Assembly (NCBI GenBank): GCA_951406725.2
Contig: OX597830.1
Location: 24,056,001 to 24,120,000, forward strand
Source: Octopus vulgaris
Lineage: Eukaryota
DNA length: 64,000 nucleotides
Direction of reading: 5' to 3'
In this document: one piece after another, positions 53,667 to 64,000 of the stretch
How positions within the stretch are numbered: position 1 is the first letter of the stretch
Layout: every line of letters starts with the position of its first letter
Position numbers and translations under genes: made by a program
Notes under the pieces: model-generated
The model's database searches: none
The model's input: the letters and a program-made list of their open reading frames with translations, nothing else
What the model was told of the DNA's origin: nothing

Positions 53667-54932
53667 TTAGGTTGTCAAGAAAGTTCTTGCGGAATTTTTA
53701 ATTTTGGTTTTAAGTGATGTATTTTCAAATTAATTTTCGTTAAATTACTTTGACTTTATATAGCATTTTAAAGCAGCCCGTTTTCGCTCTATCTAATCGT
53801 GCTACTTCTTTTCTTTTAGAATAATTAGGCTATTTTTTCAGGAACGTTGAATACAACATGGACAAAAAGGAAATTCACACAATTTTGTTATTCCAGTTCA
53901 AGCTTGGTCGAATAACTGCTGAAACAGCTCGCGATATCAACGATGCGTTTGGCCCAGGAACTACTAATGAACGTACAGCACAATGATGGGTCAAGAAATT
54001 TCGTAGCTGTGACGAGAGTCTTGAAGATGATAAGCGTAGTGGTCGGCCATCGGACGTTGACAACGATCAACTAAGAACCTTAGTGGAAGCCAATCTACGC
54101 ACAACTGAAATCTGACAATTTCCAACCACTTGAAAGAGATTGGAAAAACAAAAAATAATTGAGAAATGAGTGCCGCAAGAATTGAACGACAACCAAAAAA
54201 AAAAAATGCAGTTTTGAAGTGTCTTCTTCCCTTCTTTTACGCAGCAAGAAAGACCCGTTTCTCGACCGGATTATGACTTGCGATGAAAAGTGGATTCTTT
54301 ATGACAACCGACGACGCTTAGCTCAGTGGTTGGACGCCGACGAAGCTCCTTGGCACTTCCCGAAGCCAAAGTTGCACCAAAAGAAGGTGATAGTGACTGT
54401 CTGGTGGTCTTCGGCTGGTCTCATCCATCACACCTTTTTGGATCCAGGCGAAACCATTATGGTGGAGAAGTACTGTCAGCAAATGGATGAAATGCATAAG
54501 AAACTCCAACAACAGCCAGTATTGGCCAATAGAAAAGGACCAATTCTTCTCCACGACAATGCTCGACCGCACGTCGCAAAACTGACCCTGCTGAAGTTAA
54601 ACGAAATGGGCTACGAAACTCTGCCTCATCTGCCATACTCACCAGAACTTTCGCCTACCGACTACCACTTTTTCAAGCATCTCGACAACTTCCTGCGTGA
54701 GAAATGCTTAAAAAAAAAACAAGACGATGCCAAACCTGCCTTCAATCAACGACTTCATCGCCACCTGAACGCAGGATGTTTAGGCTACTGGCATAAATAA
54801 ACTTGTTTCGCGTTGGCAAAAGTGTGTTAAATCTGATGGTGTTTATTTTGAGTAATAAAGTTTTGTTTGAGCCGAGATATGTGCATCTGAATTTAAAGGT
54901 TAAAAACGGCAAGAACTTTCTTGACAACCTAA
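53667..54932 (+). mobile_element. Full-length mariner transposon (Hsmar1/cecropia-like) with TA TSD
   Basis: TIRs TTAGGTTGTCAAGAAAGTTCTTGC / GCAAGAACTTTCTTGACAACCTAA, TA on both sides, 1266 bp. Confidence 0.95.
53858..54855 (+). pseudogene. Mariner DD34D transposase pseudogene
   Basis: MDKKEIHTILLFQFKLG..., PFLDRIMTCDEKWILYDN, ILLHDNARPH and YSPELSPTDYHFF; in-frame stops, frameshifts and a deletion. Confidence 0.93.
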
Positions 54933-55212
54933 TAGCTCTAAATTTAGTGTAATTTGATTCTCTTTGAGCAACATGGTCGATGTTGAAAAAAAGATGTTGT
55001 ATCTTTGAATTTATTATTTTGTAAAGCAATTTTGTTGTTATTATTATTATCATTGCTTCTATGGTGGTGAGCTGGCAGAATCGTTAGCACGCCGGGAAAA
55101 TTGTTGAGCGGCATTTCGTCCGTCTTTACGTTCTGAAATCAATTTCCACCGAATTGAGTAGGGGGTGTAGAGTGAAGTGTGTAGTGGGTATCGATCTATC
55201 ATATATACATAC

Positions 55213-55279
<67 letters not shown>

Positions 55280-55280
55280 T

Positions 55281-55472
55281 TTATTTAAAGCAGTAGAAAA
55301 TTCAACAAAACCTGTTACTCTGAGTTTCACGTTCCCGTTCGTCGGGGGAACGTGAAACTCAGAGTAACCGATTTTGTTGAATTTTCTGCTGCTTTAGATA
55401 AACCATATTACTCTACCACTGGTATTTGAGTACTCTTTTTTCCACCTTGTTTCACATTTATGTGTTTACTCC

Positions 55473-55476
<4 letters not shown>
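55281..55476. mobile_element. Small fold-back unit centred on a truncated hammerhead, within (TA)n
   Basis: Arms ~55281-55336 / 55346-55402; minus strand reads CCGACGA-ACG-GGAA-CGT-GAAA-CTCAGAGT-A-ACAGG. Confidence 0.75.
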
Positions 55477-55533
<57 letters not shown>

Positions 55534-56870
55534 GAAGAGACGAAGTGTATTCCCACGAAGGGAAAAATTCAGAAGAATCTGTTTTCAAGTTTGAAAATGC
55601 ACCCGAACTCAAAGCATGTAGTTGTTTTTAACTTTTGCAAGATTTATTCAAATAGTAAACCGGTTTCGACAACCATTTTGTTTATCAATGGTAAAAATAA
55701 ATAGAAAATAGATAAGAAACGGGTTTAGGAGAGTTTAAAGTTACAAAGGAACATTCGGAAAAACATGTTTAAATGATCAAATATTTATAGAAATTCCAAT
55801 GGCTTTTGCAAAGATGGACTGTAATTTAAGTGTAAATGCTTGATGAAGTTTAAAACATACATAATCGAAAGTACAATAATATTGCGTTACATTAACAATG
55901 AAATACGATGAGATTTTTTATTTAAATGAGTGAAAAAATGGGAAGAGTAGCATGTTACTTTGAACAGTTTCTGTGTTAGTGCAGAGAGGAGTGTTCTTAA
56001 TCGTTATTTGCTGGTTTTGCTTGTGAAAGTTCGAAATGTTTTAAGTTAAAATTGTAAACATATATACATATATTATTTTACGATCACGGATCAAGTTCTG
56101 ATAAGCTGTAAATTTGTTAACGTCATTTGTTTTTTACATTTGATTTCATGGATGTTTTGGTAAAATATTTTGGTTTTGCAAAGTCCAGCGTTCTGGTTGG
56201 TTGTCTTCCTGGTGACGTCATTCGTTTGTGAAAGGCTTTGATTATTTGTTGACCAGCAGAGTGTTCTGGTTGGTTGATTCTCCGCTAACGTCGTTTTGTT
56301 GTCGTCAAAGGACTTGGTAACCTGTATGATGTTATGGTCATCCAGCGTTCCGGTAAGTTGATTCTCTTAAGAGGCCACCAGTTCAGTCAGTTCGCCGTAT
56401 ATTTGTTTTTCCTGAGGGTGCGGTTTGGACCATAAAAAGAGCCCATTAATTAAGTCTTGGGTGACGTCCGAAGCTGGTGATTGTGAAGGTGTAAGTAGTT
56501 TGCAGTTAAGGTTTCGAATCACTGAGGGGGACTGTTATTTAAATTTTCAATTTATATTTGTTGTCTCTGGTCATTTTTCATGAATGGCCCGTTTTTCATG
56601 AACGGCCCGAGGATATAGTAAAAGACAGTTACCCAAGTTACCACGCAGTGGGACTGAACCCAGAACCATGTGGTTGGGAAGCAAGCTTCTTACGACACAG
56701 CCACAACATTGTTAACTAATTAAGCGAACTCGCACTACAGGTGCAGTTTCAGATCTTTTTACTAGTTTGAACGAGAGTGACTTCGAAAATTCGTGAGTAG
56801 TAGCTTCCGTCAGTCAAGACAAAAAATAGTGAAACTTTGCAGTCATGATCAATAAAATTATATATATATG

Positions 56871-56916
<46 letters not shown>

Positions 56917-56974
56917 TCGAAATAATAAATTACGTTCCTTGAGCACGTCCACTTATTGTTTGTTTATTTGATTT

Positions 56975-57053
<79 letters not shown>

Positions 57054-57240
57054 TATATACACATGAACACACACACACATATATATATATATATACATTT
57101 ATATATATACATATATATGTGTGTATTTATATACATTTATATACATTTATATATATATACATATATATATATGTATATATATATGTATACACATATGTAG
57201 GTGTTTGCATATTTATACATTTTATATACATTTATATATA

Positions 57241-57296
<56 letters not shown>

Positions 57297-57559
57297 GTAT
57301 ATATGCAGAAATATCTATTTATACATACATATATATGTATATGTACATAAACATACACACCTATATATATATATATGTACATATATATCTACACACATAT
57401 ATACATGCAAATACACGCACACACACACACACACTCACATCTTTTACTTTCCTTAGCTATTGTTCTAATAGTTGTTATTTTTTTTTGTTTTTTACTTTGT
57501 TCAGACACTGTCGCTGTCATTATTATTGCGGCTGGTCATTATTAATAATGAAACGATTG

Positions 57560-57606
<47 letters not shown>

Positions 57607-57812
57607 GTCATCATCATCATCATCATTATTATTACAGTATTATTGTTGCAGTATTGTTTTACAGTGTTATTATCCCATTGTCATTAAGTGTTATTGTTTA
57701 TATTGTACTGGGTGTTTGTTATGTTATTTATCATATCCTTTCATTGTGGCGGCGGTGATACCATTCTTCATTGAAGTGTCCGTGTGTGTATTATGTGGGG
57801 TTTTTTTGTGAG

Positions 57813-57868
<56 letters not shown>

Positions 57869-58335
57869 TTACGTTCGTCTGTTTGGTTTGGACGAGTGGT
57901 TAAGTAGTTCGCTCACAACCATCAAGTCCTTGGCTCGATCTTGCAGCTTGGCATCTTGGTTGAATGTCAGCTCTTTTCTTGTGAATGAAATTGGGTCGAC
58001 GGTATCTGTTTCCATGTGCGCGTGGCAGTTTGTACATGTAAATCAATCATGTGGTAACGGGTACTTTATGACACACATACCCTGCGCTTTATGCTGATTC
58101 TGCTTTAGAATTACTTTCAGAATTGACATGTCTGCGGAATATTCAGCCGCCTACGCGTTAGTTCAGGTGCAAGTAGATTCACTTGATCAAATAATTCAAT
58201 TTTCATCCTCGATCTATGAGGTCCAGAATGCATACACACATACCCCCCCACACACACACGTGCACGCTAACGTACACGATTACACAAACACACTGATTCA
58301 AAAATCTACATATATTATACACACACATACATACG

Positions 58336-58407
<72 letters not shown>

Positions 58408-58504
58408 TATATAATATATATATATTAATAAAAATGTTAAGACAACAAAAGATAGAAAGAGACCTCGATATTATGTAAATAGGAGAATTTATCTGTAATT
58501 ACAG

Positions 58505-58616
<112 letters not shown>

Positions 58617-59010
58617 TGTGTTTAAGTGTATGACGAAATAATGGAATGAAGTTCTACAAATCCAATCATATTTGTCAAAAAGAGAAGAGATAAGATGTTA
58701 AAAAGATGTATGAAGTTCATTCATGCATACAATAGTTTCGTACAACGATATAAATTGATTTTAGAATTTGCAAATATCAAAATATTCATCAGTGCAGAGA
58801 AAAAATGAAATAGTAACTTAAAAAAACGAGCAGAGAAGTTGGATCTATGAGTTTCATGTTTATCTGTTCCTATCTGTGTGTGATAGTGATGGGATTCATA
58901 AACCACAATTCAGTTATGTATATATGCACATACAAATATACATACACACGCATACACACGCAGATACATACACACGCATACACACACACACACACTTACA
59001 CACTTACACA

Positions 59011-59094
<84 letters not shown>

Positions 59095-59095
<1 letters not shown>

Positions 59096-59516
59096 TCTTT
59101 TACTCTTTTACTCTTTTACTTGTTTCAGTCATTTGACTGCGGCCATGCTGGAGTACCACCTTTAGTCGAGCAAATCGACCCCAGGACTTATTCTTTGTAA
59201 GCCCAGTACTTATTCTATTGGTCTCTTTTGCCGAACCGCTAAGTAACGGGGACATAAACACACCAGCATCGGTTGTCAAGCAATGCTAGGGGGACAAACA
59301 CAGACACACAAACACACACACGCATACATATATATATACATATATACGACGGGCTTCTTTCAGTTTCCGTCTACCAAATCTACCAAATCTACTCACAAGG
59401 CTTTGGTCGGCCCGAGGCTATAGTAGAAGACACTTGCCCAAGCTGCCACGCAGTGGGACTGAACCCGGAACCATGTGGTTGGTAAACAAGCTACTTACCA
59501 CACAGCCACTCCTGCG

Positions 59517-59520
<4 letters not shown>
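59095..59520 (-). mobile_element. SINE family A (young-looking)
   Basis: Full-length match. Confidence 0.93.
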
Positions 59521-59557
<37 letters not shown>

Positions 59558-59660
59558 ATATATATACAGACACACTCACGAATACATATCTATGTATACA
59601 TATGTATAGATATATGTATAGATATATACATATCTTGCCATTTCTCTGGCGGCCAGGTGT

Positions 59661-59709
59661 TCGCGACTGAGGATGAGCAAACTTGCTCGAAACCGAATCG
59701 GTCTCGTGA
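59661..59709 (+). ncRNA. Type I hammerhead ribozyme, canonical core with one extra U after A9
   Basis: TCGCGA-CTGAGGA-T-GAGCA-AACT-TGCTC-GAAA-CCG-AAT-CGGT-C-TCGTGA: 6-bp stem I, 5-6-bp stem II, 4-bp stem III, GUC triplet, predicted cleavage after 59703. Confidence 0.88.
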
Positions 59710-60447
59710 CCCTGTCGTTTGCTGGAGGATGGCAGGGGTTCGCTTCTTGCTAGGAATTTATTTATACAGGATGCAGGTTGAACCTATAGCTGGCTGATGG
59801 AAGATCTGCCTGGGGTTAAACTAGTTGTAGCATTGCACAGCCACATTGATGTGGCGCTCAACTTTACTTGTTTGTATAGTTACTACTCTGATCTATTCTT
59901 GAGATTTTACAACTAGTATTTTAGCTTACATGCGTGTATGTGTGTGTGTATTGTTGTTGTGCCTCGGGCCACTTTGTATCACACAGATCTTGGTTTAAAT
60001 CTATACTAACCGAGAACTCTATTCTTGACCTAGAGTATCCGAGACTACATTATGTAGAGTGTTTTATTTTCCATAACACAAAATTGTGTGATTTCAGTAA
60101 AACTTGACAACTAGGTTTGACGTTCCATCGTTGTAGCAAAGGGAGATTCCAGTTGCTGGAGCGTGCAGCGCATTGTGCGTATGAGCACTGTACTTTACCT
60201 CGAGCCTACACTGCTTTAAATGAAGGCAAATCGAGCGCTTGTGCACTTTCACCCATTCTAGTTGAGCCACTGAATGAATTTCATGGTGGTAGACGGAATA
60301 TTTGTCTGCCCGACACTACATATAAACCTACAACAATTAACGAAGACGTAGGACATGTCACACAGCTATACTCACTTGCTAGTGATGACTGACTGATTCT
60401 CTTTGATATTGTTATTTAGTCTTATATGTATGTATATATATATGTGC

Positions 60448-60494
<47 letters not shown>

Positions 60495-60497
<3 letters not shown>

Positions 60498-60718
60498 AAT
60501 ATTAGGGAATAAATCCAAATTTACAGGGAAAAAATCAGATTTAGGATTAAATCCAATTTTATAGTAAAATATTATATAATATTAATTAGAGACAAAACCA
60601 CTATTCTGCAAAACAAACAAGGAAAGACTTAATCAATACATAAAATTTTAATAAAAATTTTATGTATTGATTAAGTCTTTCCTTGTTTGTTTTGCAAAAT
60701 AGTGGTTTTGTCTCTAAT

Positions 60719-60720
<2 letters not shown>
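60495..60720. mobile_element. Fold-back unit with 67-bp arms (60583-60649 / 60654-60720) within (TA)n
   Basis: Near-perfect palindrome with one mismatch and an asymmetric tail; related sequence at ~10700-10750. Confidence 0.8.
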
Positions 60721-60775
<55 letters not shown>

Positions 60776-60799
60776 TGTATGTATATATATATATATACA

Positions 60800-60959
60800 T
60801 TTATGATTTTATTCAACATATTCCACTTTCAGATTCACACACTTATTACAGCGGTCCTTCAGTTTTTTTAAGCCATGTAAAAGAACTCAGAAGGTTGAGC
60901 CTCCAACCAGGCCTTTCGCGACACCCTTAAGGCCAGGAACTTTTCTGCTCTGCCTCGTA
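60800..60959. mobile_element. Mariner-type transposon terminus remnant
   Basis: Reverse complement TACGAGGCAGAGCAGAAAAGTTCCTGG resembles TACGAGG-type TIRs. Confidence 0.5.
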
Positions 60960-60978
60960 TGTATGAGATAGATAAATC

Positions 60979-61089
<111 letters not shown>

Positions 61090-61090
61090 T

Positions 61091-61163
<73 letters not shown>

Positions 61164-62318
61164 AGTGAGAGAGCAGTATGTTCCCTGAAGGTTTTATGGT
61201 CATGAAAGGAACAGCACCGGTTCCTCGTACATTTGGGAGCAAACTGAAGAACGGACAAGATGGCTTCTGTCTTAGGGAGACCCCAGTTACGCTTATATTT
61301 AATATATATTCAGCATTGATTACAAAGATTAACGCTAACTAGTTTAAGATAGGCCCGAAATTTCTCGTCTTGCCTGAGTCGATTATCAATATATATTTCT
61401 TTACTACCCACAAGGGGCTAAACACAGAGGACACCTATATTTCACATATTTCACATCAGCCCTGGGCTTATTAATCAGGTTTACATGGTGATGAGGAGAT
61501 GATGTAGCGCTGATAGTATCGGTTTACCGGTGTATTGTTATTGGTGTACTGGTATTGAACTGACGTTGCTGCATATGATGTTCGTAGTGTCATATTGACA
61601 GAGTGATGGTGGTCTCATGTAATCATGGAATATAAGGGATGGTATTGGCGGGTAGCAGGAAAACTGCGCCCTCTCCCCAGCAACAACACCCCATACGTAC
61701 GCAAACAAACTCACACACAACTACACGCTCTTGACAATTGCCCAGGTATAATTGATCCTGATAATTGTCCTCTGGATAATTATTAATTAATGTTATTATT
61801 AATCATATAATTACCATGCATGTAATTATTGCGCAATTATGATGCAATTAATGCACAATTATGTAATTAAAAGGTGCTTGGGCATATTAATTATGCCATC
61901 ATTTTGTGTTTGTCGATCATGTAATCACGTAATTCTCGTGTAATTAATTATGCAATTACGTACTTAATTATGCAATTATTATGCAAATGTTTCTTATTGT
62001 AATTATTAATTATCATATTGTTAATTATGTACTTGTATTGTAATTATTAATTATCGTAATTACGAACTATTATATTCGTGTAAAACCTAAAATTTGCATT
62101 TTCACTGATATAATTTTACTAATGGATAATTCTTGTTATTAAGTAACAAATGAAATACGAAAATCAACACCTTAATTAGTCTTATTGATATTCATTTGCC
62201 CCACCTGTACATTTTTTTCTTAATTTTCGCTTAATTAGGGAAATAAACCATACGGCAGATAACTGGGCAAAATTACTTTAGTACATCATTAGTTCAAGTA
62301 CGATGTATTGTTTTAGAT

Positions 62319-62739
62319 CAGTGGCCCTCAACCGAAGTCTATATGACTCTTGAGGGTCTATATAAGATTTTTGAGGGTCTATGTTTAAATTTTTGGTATT
62401 CACTTGAGTATTGTAAGGGCTCCTGAAAGAATTTTACTTTAGATGTATGTATTGGTACAGAATAAAATTGTAACCAAAGGTGTCTATAGACAAAACATGG
62501 TAAAGAACCTCTGTTTTAGGTGTATATATTGGCATGTATTGCAAAAAACAGCCAGGTTTCTCTCTTTCTAACATTTTACATAGTTCAACTTACACAAGTT
62601 AATGTGTGAAAAATAAAATAGGAATTTTGAAAGAAGTTTCTGGAACACTAGTTGTTAAACATCGAATGGCGAAGGGGGTCCGCCAGAAGAAAATACTAAG
62701 GAATGGTATCCATGGATGAATGATGGTTGAGAACCACTG
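62319..62739. mobile_element. hAT-type MITE with an 8-bp TSD
   Basis: TIRs CAGTGGCCCTCAACC / GGTTGAGAACCACTG; TTTTAGAT duplicated at 62311-62318 and 62740-62747. Confidence 0.88.
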
Positions 62740-62984
62740 TTTTAGATGATCAAAAGAGTAGAAACGTGATTGTGTCGGTGATTACAGATCACTGATAAAG
62801 TTATAGTGTTAATGTTGGTGGTGATGGACATTTCATAGAGGACAGTGAGGTGGAGCCTGTGGTGTTTATTTTGGAGAATGGTTGTCGATTTTGCTTGTTG
62901 TTTAGAATGGATGGTGTTGTGCTAATACCCTGATGGTCGTGGCTTTTTTTGGGTGGGTGTACAAATATTGATTTCATATTCTTG

Positions 62985-63170
62985 CACAAGGCCTACAAGT
63001 TCGTAGGGAGGAGATAAGTCTATTACATCGACGCCAGTGTTCAATTGGCATTTATTTTTATTATTTCATCGATCCCGAAAGAATGAATGGCAAATCGACC
63101 TCGGTGGAATTGGAACTCAGAACGTAAAGCCGTCATGAAATGCTTCTAAGCATTTTTCCCGGCGTACAAA
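62985..63170 (-). mobile_element. SINE family B
   Basis: ATCGATCCCGAAAGAATGAATGGCAAATCGACCTCGGTGGAATTGGAACTCAGAACGTAAAG. Confidence 0.75.
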
Positions 63171-63206
63171 TATTCAGGTGCTCTGAGTGTAGAAGTTCCA
63201 GTGTGG

Positions 63207-63240
<34 letters not shown>

Positions 63241-63442
63241 AGTGGTGCTGGTGGTGTTATGGTGTTGGTAGTGGTGGTGGTCGTGGTGGTGGTCGTGGTG
63301 ATGGTGGTGCCGCTGCTGCCGGTTGAGGTGGTTGTAGTGGTATATTGATGGTGTAGCGATGAGGGTGTCATGGTGCTGATGCTATAGTAACGATAGTGTT
63401 ACTGGTTATAGTAATAGTGATGGTAGTTGTGGTGTTATGTGA

Positions 63443-63778
63443 AGGAGCATGGCTCAATGGTTAGAGCGTCGGGTTCACAATCATGTGGTAGTAAGTTCAA
63501 TTCCCGGACTGGTATGTGTGTTGTGCTCATGGGCAAGACACTTTATTTCACGTTGCTCCAGTTCACTCATCTGCAGAAATGAGTTGTGACGTCACTGATG
63601 CCACGCTGTATCAGCCTTTGTCTTTCCCTTGGATAACATTGGTGGCATGGATAGGAGAGGCTGGTATGATTGGGTGACTGCTGCTCTTCCATAAAGAACC
63701 TTGTCCGTACTTGTGTCTCGGAGGGTAACTTTCTAGCTGCAATCTCATGGTCATTCATGACCGAAGGGGGTCTTTACT
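63443..63778 (+). mobile_element. SINE family C
   Basis: Homologous to 50556-50886. Confidence 0.88.
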
Positions 63779-63820
63779 TTTATCCTAGTTGTGTTATAGT
63801 GATAGTGTGATGGAACGGGA

Positions 63821-64000
63821 TACGAGATGCATTCAAAAGGTTTTGAGACTACTTCAAGAGAAACATTTATTAATTTCCAACAGCACTCTAATCTACCTCA
63901 AAATACGATCGACTGACATCAATACGCTTGTTTGTAACCCTCCAGCCATTTCATGAAGGCCTACATGGAAGTCCTACAAAGTCAGAGCTTCCTTCATCTC
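63821..64000 (-). mobile_element. 3' end of a mariner-type element, running off the window
   Basis: TIR-like TACGAGATGCATTCAAAAGG; minus strand encodes a KRIDVSRSYFE-type transposase C-terminus. Confidence 0.6.

Noticed and set aside
61770-62080. AT-rich TAATTA/ATGCAATTA quasi-palindromic tract
   Set aside because: Degenerate low-complexity repeat with no regular repeat-spacer structure; not CRISPR-like.

Overview
AT-rich, microsatellite-saturated eukaryotic DNA that looks intronic or intergenic. I could not support any host protein-coding gene; nearly all ORF-track entries are translations of (TA)n, (CA)n, (TATG)n, (CTA)n and similar repeats. The SINE repertoire and composition resemble an octopus (cephalopod) genome, which is inferred from memory of the repeats rather than from a search. 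Contents: at least four tRNA-derived SINE families (about 35 copies or fragments); a CR1-type LINE 3' end sharing its tail with the commonest SINE; one full-length Hsmar1/SETMAR-like mariner, plus a second degenerate mariner and mariner/hAT MITEs; four Penelope-like element (PLE) fragments with RT and/or GIY-YIG remnants; and a solo-LTR-like unit with a heat-shock-element/TATA/Inr promoter. The main hidden signal is about 15 type I hammerhead ribozyme motifs from several unrelated families. Four look intact, including one with a compensatory U3-A8 core. Most sit in PLE pseudo-LTRs or in PLE-derived fold-back (inverted-repeat) units embedded in (TA)n tracts, one of them a roughly 1.5-kb hairpin. 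All ribozyme calls are by-eye folds and need covariance-model searches and cleavage assays.
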